DNA of 63,003 bases, the filler included, from Collodictyon triciliatum (Eukaryota): NCBI GenBank assembly GCA_043381765.1. It is 11 parts of 11 records of this genome, joined end to end, with 100 filler letters (N's around TTAATTAATTAA, not from the genome) between each part and the next. Parts side by side here need not be neighbours in the genome. Positions count along the whole stretch, not along the records: positions 47,622 to 53,465 come from JBHJMP010004895.1; positions 53,566 to 59,409 come from JBHJMP010004896.1; positions 59,510 to 63,003 come from JBHJMP010004916.1; 8 more parts are not named here. The stretch is one strand, 5' to 3'. Below the pieces are notes generated by a model. It saw only the letters and a program-made list of their open reading frames with translations, had not been told where the DNA came from and made no database searches. A program made the position numbers and the translations under genes. Shown in pieces: positions 51,901 to 63,003 of this stretch. Position 1 is the first letter of the stretch. The number at the start of each line of letters is the position of its first letter.

Positions 51901-53465
51901 AGTATGACATGGAGACAGAAAATGAGAATCAAAAATTCTTTTGCTTAATTATGGTGTTTTTGTTCTTTGGAATCTTCTCTATTGCGACCTACTTCGCTCT
52001 GCAGTATCTTCGACCGAGCAGCGGAACCAGCGAGAACGACGCGAAACTTCTTTTCCGCAAGAAAAAGAATCCAAACTTTGTTGGACGCAGACGAGCTGAT
52101 AGCATGACCCAGACAGAGGTTGATGTTCCAATCAAATCCTCCGCTCGACCGAATGAAGAAACCTCTGGAAAGCTACCGTTGGGTGGGCAGAAGTTCTCAG
52201 ACGAGACTTCAAGCAAACAAGGCCTACTAGGGCGTGAGCAAGCCTACGGATCCATTTCTACTGCTCGCGGTGCTTACATGTCATTCCAAAAAATCCGCTA
52301 TGCTGTGGACATCAAGCTGGACGACCCGAAGCCCAGAGACTACTGCCCAGGGGGCAAATACTTTATGAAGAAGGTGCCAGTGGAGCGCAAGGTCATTCTC
52401 AAGGGAGTGAGTGGATACGTAAAGCCAGGGATGCTTGTCTCTTTGATGGGGCCTTCCGGAGCCGGCAAGAGCACACTGCTGGATATCCTTGCAAACCGAA
52501 AGACGGGTGGTATTATTGAAGGAGAACTGCTAATTAATGGACAGCCACGTAATGAGTACTTCCCACGCATGAGCGGCTATGTGGAGCAGCAAGATATTCA
52601 TCTAGAGACACAGACGGTGCGTGAGGCGGTCATCTTCAGTGCCATGTTGAGACTGCCTGCTGAGATGTCTGTGGACCATAAGATGCGTCAAGTGGAAGAA
52701 ATCATCGACGAGGTTGGGTTGCGTGAGTTTGAGGACAAGGTCGTGGGTGTGCCTGGAAGTGGACTGAGTCCTGAGCTGCGCAAGAAGCTCAACATTGCAG
52801 TGGAGCTTGTGAGCAACCCGATTCTGCTGTTCCTTGACGAGCCGACGTCTGGACTGGATTCTGGGGCTGCCGAGAACATCATGCGTCTTGTGCGCGACAT
52901 AGCAAATCGAGGACGGTCAGTGATGTGCACGATTCATCAACCTGGCGTGGAGATTATTCAGCTGTTTGACTGGTTGCTGCTTCTGAATGGGCGTGGACAG
53001 CAAGTGTACTTTGGGCCGATGGGAGAGAACTGCTCGACGGTGCTGGGCTACTTTGAGAAGCTTGGAGCCAAGTGTCCGCCATTCAAGAACCCAGCAGACT
53101 TTATCTTGGAGGCCACAGGTGCAGGTATTGACCATCGCGAGTATGAACACATCGATGCAGTGAAGTCGTTCCAGGAGTCACAGTTCCTGCGAGATTTGGA
53201 CGATACGCTAGGAGCAGGCGTGACTCCGGCCGGTGTGACTCCACCAGCATATAACACTGTCTTTGCGCAGCCTTTGGGGCGGCAGATTGCCGAGAATCTG
53301 CGCCGGGCCTTCAAGAGCTACGCCCGACGGCCGCTTGTGCGCCGCGCACGCAACTTCCGCTCGATTATGATGGGCCTTGTGATTGGGTCGATGTTCTTTG
53401 ACCTGTCGGGCGACCAGAGCGGGGCGCGCAACCGCGTGAGCCTGATGTTCTTTTGCATGCTGTTT
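48979..53465 (+). CDS. Full-size ABCG/PDR-type transporter (NBD-TMD-NBD-TMD), 3'-truncated
   Basis: Walker A GHPGSGKTT and GPSGAGKST, VSGGEKKRVTIG, LFLDEPSTGLDS/LDEPTSGLDS, ABC2 membrane domain (EREVFYHQR), CTIHQP. Confidence 0.93.
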
Positions 53466-53632
53466 NNNNNNNNNNNNNNNNNNNNNNNNNNNNNNNNNNN
53501 NNNNNNNNNTTAATTAATTAANNNNNNNNNNNNNNNNNNNNNNNNNNNNNNNNNNNNNNNNNNNNTCTTCTCTTTTTTTCTTCTCTTTTTTTCTTCTCTT
53601 TTTTTCTTCTCTTTTTTTTCTTTTCTTTTTTT

Positions 53633-53700
<68 letters not shown>

Positions 53701-53803
53701 CACGAATTCAACCTTTTTATTACAATAAAAGTAAATATAGCAAAAATTATATAAATAAATAAATAAACAAGGAGCAGTAACCAACTTTACTTTTTACATA
53801 CAG

Positions 53804-55290
53804 GTGCTCCGCAACACATTGATCCGCCAAGAGGAGACAATAATTTTCTCTTTCATCGAACGCGCTCAGTTCAAACTGAATCCTATAATTTACGAACCAA
53901 ACGCACTGCAAGTGCCTGATTTTGACGGCTCATTCTGCGATTTTTTCTTGTTTGAGTCTGAGAAGCTTCATGCTAAGGTTTTCATGGTTGATACCAGCTG
54001 TTAATATTTTATAGATAATTATAAAACTTTGATTGGATTGCTATCTTGTTTGTATTCCCTGTTGTAATTTTCGGTTGTGTTGTAATGTTTTGCGATTGTA
54101 TGACCTTATCATATGCGTTCGATAAGGTTCGTCGATATACAAGTCCGGACGAACATGCTTTCTTCCCTGAGAAGCTGCCTCTTCCGGTTCTTCCTTTGAT
54201 GGAGTTCCCAAAGACCATTATGCCAAATAACATCAATTTCAATCCAAAGATTTATTCCGTCTACAAGAATGATATCGTAACAAAGGTTTTTCTTTCTGGT
54301 TCACCATAACTGCTTCCTAATTATCGCATATCACATCTCTCACTCATGATACTCATGAAATAAAGTAATATATATTTATCATATTATTGGTGTTGACGTT
54401 CGAATTCATGCATGCTTTTCGTATAGCTCTGTGTTCCTGGCGACGATTCTCATTATGGTTCATCTGCAACTTGTGATGTGGCGTGCTTACAAGCAGTGTC
54501 TAAGCGAATTCATTATGGAAAGGTTTGTTTTGCAACTTAGACATTCAAGCGAAAAAGTGTGTGAGTGATTATGTGTGTTTTCCTCCTACCTTAATTTATT
54601 ATCCTCCTCACAGAATTACAAATTCATCTCTAGTATATTTGATTTTCATAAAACGAATTCTAACGTTACGGAGGATATTCTTACAAAAATGTTGATGACA
54701 CCAAATGTAATAAATTAGTTTATTGCGGAGGCCAAGTTCAATGAAGATCCGGAAGGATATTCGGAGCTGATTCGTCGAAAAGACAGCGCAACAATCTTGG
54801 CAAAGCTGACCAACCAAAAGGTATTATTTTATCTACTAAAAAAAGAAAAGGAGCATACTATATGGAAAATCATCATGTAAAATGCGATTTAGAGTTGCAA
54901 TAAAGTGACCTGTATTGTCTTTAGAATGATTCAGATTGCATAAAATTTTTTGTAACGAGAGCTTTTCTTACAAAATAATGTTCGCATCAGGTCGAAGATA
55001 ACCTTCTAATGCGTGTGCGAAGAAAATCTGCGACTTATGGGCAGGACATCTCGCACGAAACTGTCTCTAACACGAACTTCAAGGCATGCACAAACTCTCC
55101 ATGAATCGTATCATTTTTTGGTTTGAATAATCACAGGTCATCAACAAATAATCTCGTCATATGAAAATATAAGGTGGACCCTGAAGTCGTCGTTAGCATC
55201 TACCGCGATATCATCATTCCTCTGACCAAAGATGTGGAAGTGGTCTATCTCCTTGACCGTTTGGGTCCTCAGCCAAATGCCAACGAATGA
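53804..55290 (+). CDS. ARO7: Eukaryotic-type (yeast/plant-like) chorismate mutase, 5' partial, multi-exon
   Basis: [63 protein letters not shown] and IIPLTKDVEVVYLLDRL. Confidence 0.93.
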
Positions 55291-55780
55291 GTCCAATCAA
55301 TCAACTGAACAATTAACTAAGATACTTTCTCTTTATTTTTCTTTAACTTCTGGGGAACTCTCATGTTGATTCAAGTGGCCAGACTCACTCAGTCATTATC
55401 AATTTTTTTTCCATTTTGATAACTTTCCCTTTTTCCAGTGAATAGCTTGGAGAGAATACCAGCTTATTCAATATTGGGTTTGTGGTGCCATTGTCAGGAC
55501 TCAGGTGGTTGTCAATATATCAATACAACCCTCTGATTCGTTTTTGGCCTTCACCATTGAATAAAGCTTTTTTTTTTCTCTTTTTTTCTTGTTTATGGCC
55601 CGATTATATTACGATGACATACTTTATGTGTTTTATTCAAACGTTGAAATCCTTTGAAATGCAACTGTCAAACGAATGACCAAAATAGTAAACAAATACG
55701 TAAGCGTTCACAAGAAGATAAAAAGAGAGAGGAGAATGACTGAATTGGTCTTGTTGCTTCTGGAGATGCTGTGTGTTTTG

Positions 55781-57895
55781 TCAACTGCGCGGTGGGTCTT
55801 CTGAAAGATTCTTTGCTAGCTCGTTGTACCTGAATATGGTTTACAAGTTGATGGATTCTATCAATACAGTTAATTGGCAATGAGCTCGTGTATTTATGTA
55901 TGAATACGATATTACATCATTCATGGATGTGGTGTTATCAAACCTTCTTCGTTCTGCAGCATCACATTCCTTCCAGAGGCGACCAAGCATTTTCAGAATT
56001 GCTCGGTTTGATTCAAAAGGGTTTTCCTGTCTGAGCTGCAGTTGATGCAACGTATTAAAATAAGTTGTATGTGGGCTTGAGAAAACGTACACTTGAAGTC
56101 AAGGGAATCCATTCAGAATATTTTCTTTCCTTTATTCATTCAAAGATATCGACTCAGAATATAGTAATTATGAATCGTTTTGGTGTAAAAAAAAAAGACA
56201 TTGGTTTCAAAGAGAACAGAAGATAAGATTTAGAAAGTAATATACATAAAAAAAAATAAACGAGTTCGAAGTTGGAGCCATCCATAAGGATATGCAATAT
56301 TTGCTAAGCTTAATTACCTTCGCTCTATTCTCCATGGTAAATGCTATGAATCCGTTTATGTCCCTATTGCGACTTCACAGTTAATGTATTTTTTAGTATC
56401 GAATTCAAGACTTAATCGTGATGGAGATGATGAACGGGAATAGGAATGTATTTGATAGCAATTGGGATTTATTCATCGGCCTTGGTAGTATGATAAAGCA
56501 AAAAAAAAATAAAATAATAAGAATCTTGCCACTTACACACGCGGTTTCTGGACACCTTTAAGTCCTTTGTCTGAATCTTCGTGCCTTTGACCTCGAAAAT
56601 TGGACAGTCTCCATTTGCATACATTTTCGACAAACTGTGTTCCTGTGCGGTACTTTGTTGAAGGGAGCTCCTTTTCTGCAACAACTTCTGCACTGACCAA
56701 GGAATCTTGTTGTTCGCCTGTGTTGTTAGATGACATTTGAAATGGTCTCGATTCTGTGTCATGCGACGAGGTTCCTTGAATAGACATCTGATGCAATCCT
56801 GATAGTGGCTGGTAGTCACTTGCAACGGCTGGTATATGTTTTGTATGTTGTGCATGTGCAAATGTAAAAGATGGCGCTAATGGGACAGGATTCTTAAATG
56901 CTGGTAGCGAGTGAGCGAACATATGGTTGTGCTGTGAAAGTGGTGTTCCTACATGATGCGATTTTATGTGACGAGAAAATCCATCACTCTCTTCGCTGCT
57001 GTCCTCTTCTTCCGCTTCCTCCTCATAACCACACCTGCTTGGCATTACGCCCGGTCGAATATCTTTGCTTTCATCTAAAGATTTTTTTGTTGCACTATAC
57101 TCCTCTGATTTTTCGGCGTTTCCCGATACAGAGAGGCGAGGATTTCGAATCATCATTCCATCCACTGCTAGATCTGTCATTTCTGCTTGGTGAGAAGGAT
57201 TGCTGCATACAATAGATTTGTTAAGTGTGTGCGGATGTGGTGATGAGGAGATTGTTGGATTACGATTAATTGATGTTCTTTCATCGGATACGTGAATCTG
57301 AGCTGAGGAATAATGCCGATGGAGTGACTGTGGTAGCGATGATTGGAACAGAGGAAGGACGCCAGGATTTTGAATGCAGTCTGGTAGCATCGATGGATAA
57401 GAGAATTGGAAATAGCTTCTTTGGTGATAATTTGATGGTTGCAGGAATTGGGTGGCTATCACGGGATTCGGTGCAGGCTGTGCCCTATGTTAGTTTTCAT
57501 TTGTAGGTTTGAATTTCAGTTATCAATGCAGAAATATTAGATTTAATGTGGCCAGTTTCAATAAAATAAAATGGAATGAAATAAAATGCCCACAAACAGT
57601 AAATTGAATGTCGTTCAATAAAAGAAAAAAAGCTCAATCAATAACTGGCATAATAACATCCCCCTTTTCAAAAAATAAACCCGATATAAAAGAATTATTA
57701 CATTTGATCAGTACTGAAACTGGCAGAGGCACGCGACAAGGGCGCAGAAATAAAGGATGCGGAGGAGGGCTGACTCGGAGGAGTCGAAATCGAGGAACTT
57801 GGATGTTTTGCTTGGAACAAATTCAGAGGCAAAGCTGAAAATGAGCGGATAGGTGGCAATCCAAGAGGTGGCGGTTCTTGTGGGTGGTCGCTCAT
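55781..57895 (-). CDS. HMG-box protein (C-terminal box) with a long low-complexity N-terminus
   Basis: Spliced KPRVDINGFIAFTMENRAKLRQENPFESNRAILKMLGRLWKECDAAERRRYNELAK. Confidence 0.8.
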
Positions 57896-59509
57896 AGATT
57901 TAGTTGCATCAGCGATTTTTAGTCTGGGTGGATGGTTAGTGGGGTTTGCTCGATTAGTTTAGCATTTTCATGTGTCTGTATGCTTTGGCGAGCTCTTTAC
58001 TCAATATACTTATTGAAAGAGAAATATTGAGGTTATCTATGAATTGATGAAGTGGGTGTCAAATACTGTATTTCATGATAGAATATGTTCATATTTTATT
58101 TCGTCATTACGCGAGGAATTTGGGAAGTTAATTCATATTGGAATGTTAATACATGGGCAAATATTCCCAATTGAGAAAAAAAAGTACATCAACCACTGAA
58201 AACAACTCTCTGACAGGCTAAATATCGCTTTGCATATTTTATAGAAACAGGCGTCGAGTCTGGGCGTATCATTTGATATTGGTATGAATTTTATGATTAT
58301 CAAAAGTTTTTTTCAACAAAGAAAAAAGTTAATTGATCATGTTATATGCCTGACAGGGAGCAGAGCTGTAGTTTTTTTTGTTTGTTTGTTTTTTCGTTTC
58401 GTTTGAGAAAAGTGAATTGTAGAGTTTTTGGGGCGCAATTGCAAAAAAATCTGGTTCAAAAAGAACTGTGCTAATTGGTCAGTTCTTTTGGGTTCATGTA
58501 TATGTAATAAAAAAAATACGCGAAAATGAATACTTCATGATATCCTTTTTTTTTTCTTTTTCATAAGGACCAAAACGTCGAAAAGTCTTCCAGAGTTATT
58601 GAGAGAACGGCATAAACAAATACAAAAGACAGTAATTTTATAAGGAAATAACGCCTCAAATGAATGAAACATTATGAGCACAAGATCGAGAATAATAAGA
58701 GGATTGCAGGGGTAACATATTAACCTGCGTAGCTCGTTTCTCGAGTGGAAGATTCGACTGTAAAGAGTGACGCTCTCTATACACTTCTTTTCAACGCGCG
58801 GCACTTCTGCGTAGATTGTATTTGATAGATAATGGATTCAGTATATGGAAACGAAAGCAATTTAGTTAAAAGGAAAAAAGAGGGCCACGAAGCAGAAATC
58901 TTTTTTTAAAAGTTTTTGTTGGTAATACTTTGTCTTTGAAAAAAATTATGCAGATGCTCTCTCGAAAGAAAGAGCCATAGGAGAGAAAATCGATTGAACC
59001 ACTAAGATACTGATATGTATATTTGTAGTTTCCGTCCAGCCAACTTTATTGTTTGCATCGCCATAACTGCGATTGTATGAGCGTAGAGATGAAACAGAAA
59101 AAGAGACAGCACTCTTATCAGAAGAAATAAATAAATAAAAAAAGTCTTCAAAAAGAAACGTTTAATAGGATATGCAGGAAAAAATAAAAAAAAACAGGTA
59201 GTTGATTGCACTAGGAGATGACTGGGATCGATTCGAGTGAGAGACCAGAAGGACGGGCATAAATGGTGAGCCAGCTTCTCAACTTTGGGTGTCAGGATTA
59301 TGGAGGAAATCACGAAGTAATAATCTAGCATCGCCCTGGCTTATATATGTTTTTTAAGAATAAAAGGTGTGTGAGCCCAATAGGAATCCTCTTCGATCAT
59401 CGCCTATGGNNNNNNNNNNNNNNNNNNNNNNNNNNNNNNNNNNNNNNNNNNNNTTAATTAATTAANNNNNNNNNNNNNNNNNNNNNNNNNNNNNNNNNNN
59501 NNNNNNNNN

Positions 59510-59603
59510 AAACAAACAAACAAACAAACAAACAAACAAACAAACAAACAAACAAACAAACAAACAAACAAACAAACAAACAAACAAACAAACAAACAAA
59601 CAA
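59510..59603 (+). repeat. (AAAC)n microsatellite at the contig start
   Basis: Direct reading. Confidence 0.95.
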
Positions 59604-59650
59604 AAACAACTGAATATCTGAATGGGCGTGGGACTGACTCAATTCAACGT

Positions 59651-62600
59651 AGCAACGAAATCCATAATTGATTCTGATGCGATAGGCCAGGCGATACAAT
59701 CTCTCTCAAAAAAAATCGTAAAGACTCATAATTGCAAGGGTAGGATTACTAAGTTTGTATTGCCTCATGTTTTAGATGCGGCTGTGGATTTTTTAAAATA
59801 CCCAGTCAAAGTGGCTTCTTTTTTTATTTTTACACAATATCGAGTTTCTTAAATTATCGATGATATTCTTGATTGAGCTTTTAATTTGATCAAACAGACT
59901 GTAATGTTGTTACCTTGAATTAATTCCGTGATAAATATCTAGTGAGCCTTCCAACAACCCGCAACCCAATGAATAGACGAGAATGATACTATTTGATTTA
60001 CATAAACTATCATTATTATGTATTTTAGAAATCGATGTACTGAATAGTTTCCAGCTTCCAAAATACAAATTTGACATCGGTCGGAAATCGTTTATTCTGT
60101 AAGACAAAGTATTCATCTTCGATGACTCTTTCATTTGTATATAATTGTAATTAATTAATTAATATTATTATATGGATTTTGGGCGGCAGAAAAATTAAAA
60201 TCAGCTCCTATTCACAGAGATGAAACCCCAAAGTCATTCTTCAGCGATTCCAGCCTCAAAGCGGATTATCTGAGCCAGAGATATCAGCTTCTCTACCAAC
60301 GGACACTCAGAAACAAAATGTTTTCTCCGCCGTCGGTCAACACACCCGCAAATTCGAGACAATCATATTTTCCGGTAAAGTGAATTGAATCACCTAATAA
60401 TAATAGAAAATGAATTCAGGACGCTCAAATATAGATTGTCATGAAAGGAGGTATCTGATTGGTACCGTATGTTTGCATGAATGAGAAAAAATTAAATTAT
60501 ATACAATTTTGCCATGATAGATAACCCCTGTGGAATCTCTTTTGGGGGATTCGGGTTTGAAATGTGTTTTTGGGATGCTCACGCAACTGCAAGAAGGGCA
60601 GTATTACATCGAGGATCCAAATGCTGTTGTCCCTATAGATTTATCCCAGGCTGTATCCAATGATAGAAGAGCCGAAATTTTTTTCTCACATCATAACACT
60701 AATTGATAAAACGAAGCATTTACTACGCAATCAACCATACACCTAAATAAAATATGTAGGCATCGACTTTGATATGCGCTATCGCTTTTCATTTTTTACA
60801 TCTCTTTCTTTTTGTTTGTGAATTTAGCATTCTTGTGCCTTTTATGTGTCTTTTCATGGTTGCTTTTGTGATCGTTTCTTTTTCATTAGGTACTTTTGAT
60901 AGAGTCCAGAGGTCAATCAAGCATTGATTCTTTAACAATTTTATTACTAAGAAACCCACTGCAGGTTACTTTACCGAAAACTGCATGGTTTTAGCTGAGG
61001 GAAAGTACCACGATGGAATGTTTCATGTTGGTATGCTGGGTTCTCCTCCACCAGAAACGCGAGACGGTAACTTCATTCACATACTAAACATGATAGAATC
61101 TTACTGCCTTGTTTGAAGCCATTATTTGTGACTTAAATTGTGTCAAGAATATATCTACATTTCAAAATTTGGGTTTATTTGAAGGGACTATTTTGCAATC
61201 TCAGTTTTTGTCACGAAGGGAGCATAGAGTAATGAATATATGTTTTCTTTAGTATCTAACAGCACCATGATGATGGGGAGTGACTTCTTTGGCTCAGGGT
61301 TAACGGCAAAAGACAAGGTGAATCATCTTACGACTTTTTCCTCCCTGTTCTTCCTGACTGAGTGGTGCAAAATTGTCACTTTTCCATCACTCCCCTTATT
61401 TTTATTTCTTCCTTTCAATTCAACATCACTCATTTTTTTAATCAACTATTTTCCCACAAAGGCAGCTTTGGAACAGGTCGAGGTCCAATCAGAAAATGCA
61501 TTTGTGGTTATTCTCTCTGATGTGTGGCTAGACCAACCCAAAGTGAGAATCTATGCACAGCACATGAACCATTTTCTGCTGAATTTCAATCATTCGTGCT
61601 TTGTACAATCAAATCACATCAATTCTTACAAAATTTACCATCATTATACACAGTCCCACGAAATAAAAGTTTTCTCATAATAATCTACTAATCTACTCAC
61701 TAGCACCACATAGTGCTTCTTAACATTTACTTCATCTTACCAGGTGTTGGAGAAGCTCCAAAAACTTTTTTCAGGATATGAATCGATAGACGTATCCATG
61801 TTCGTTTTGATGGGTAATTTCTCGTCGAATCCTCCCGTTGGAGATGATATTTTTCAATTTAGAGACCGTTTTGATGAATTAGCAAACATTATATCATCTT
61901 TCCCTAGGCTTTGCGAAAAGGTGATGAACTTTTCATGCAGAGTAATGCCACAAACATGCAATTATGCCCCGATTGAGATTGAGCCACTTACAAAAAATTT
62001 TCTTGCACGACCCATATTTAAACACCCAGAGTCAGTTTGTACTGATTCCAGGACCCAATGACCCAGGATTATCAAGCATTATCCCTCGGGCGCCATTCAC
62101 AAAAGTATATCAATAATTTAACATCTCTTTCTCTGTCTCTCTTGGAGAGAAATTAGTTTAGCTCATCTTGCTTCTCTAAATGATACAGCATATGACGGGA
62201 AAACTCACAGAGAAGGTTCCTAATTGCGTCTTGGCGCACAATCCCTGCAGGTAGGCATAACACTTTCATAAGAAACGAAGCAGAAAAAAAATAAAATTTT
62301 GAATGGATTATTGGCTATCCTGGTTTTCTGTACTCTATTTTGCTTTCTTTTCCTTACCATAACAGTTCGTTTGTTCCTTGAAACAGAATTCGGTTTTTCA
62401 ACCGTGAAATAGTCCTCTTTCGGGAAGACCTGTTAAGTAAAATGAGAAGAAACTGCATCATCCCGCCCAATGACAGTGAGACTACAGACCATTGTGAGCA
62501 GGTGCCGATTTTATTTTGCCGAATCAGCATGAATCAAAAAGCCTTATCACAACCATGAATACCTCGATTAAATTCGTTTCTCACTTAAATGAGCTTCGCT

Positions 62601-62770
62601 CTCGGTATGTAAGCGCCCCTTCTTTTTGTCATTGTCTAACCAAAAGCTAAACCCTACAGCTGATCAAAACAATTATCGACCAAGCACATCTATGCCCGCT
62701 GCCACAGCACGTGCGGCCTGCCTACTGGGCGTTCGACCATGCACTCCATTTGTTTCCTGCGCCCCATGTC
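59651..62770 (+). CDS. POLE2: DNA polymerase epsilon subunit 2 (Dpb2), multi-exon, both ends partial
   Basis: [71 protein letters not shown]...EIVLFREDL and [12 protein letters not shown]. Confidence 0.93.
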
Positions 62771-63003
62771 GTGGGTTTCATATTCCATTTATTGAAGTCA
62801 TTTGTACGGACATAGGTCAATTTTTCATGCACTTTTGTAAGCATCCAAGAAATCACGTGGCACTCTCAAGGCCATAACAAATATCGTTTCGTTGGTGAAT
62901 AGAATGTCAATAACTGATTTAGTTCCAGCCCCCCCCCCCCCCCCCCCCCCACCAAAAAAAAAAAAAACAAAAAAACCTAAAGCAATTATACATCATCAGC
63001 CTC

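Noticed and set aside
5865-59509. Regularly spaced TTAATTAATTAA motif about every 5.95 kb
   Set aside because: Assembly linker between size-sorted contigs. Adjacency across these spacers has no biological meaning.

Overview
AT-rich, intron-rich eukaryotic (protist-like) DNA. The window is not one locus. It is about 11 unrelated contigs of about 5.85 kb, size-sorted and joined by artificial N44-TTAATTAATTAA-N44 spacers, and most contigs end in microsatellites. Host genes recognisable by eye: POT1, a GT-C-like membrane protein, two LRR proteins, a trihelix/Myb-SANT factor, PP2C, a CARMIL-like N-terminus, SAE1, intron-containing tRNA-Tyr, an androglobin-like gene apparently lacking the globin domain, intronless viperin, a SibA/integrin-beta-like tail, a full-size ABCG transporter, chorismate mutase, an HMG-box protein and POLE2. 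The main discovery is a multi-copy mobile element of about 2.8-2.9 kb, seen on three separate contigs. It encodes a decayed Fanzor1 (eukaryotic TnpB-like RNA-guided RuvC nuclease). Directly after the stop codon is a conserved, structured tail of about 120 nt, a candidate omegaRNA, that ends in a GAAA hairpin and CTAG|T, a Helitron-type 3' terminus. The complete copy sits about 470 bp upstream of viperin. All calls come from manual motif reading; no database searches were run.
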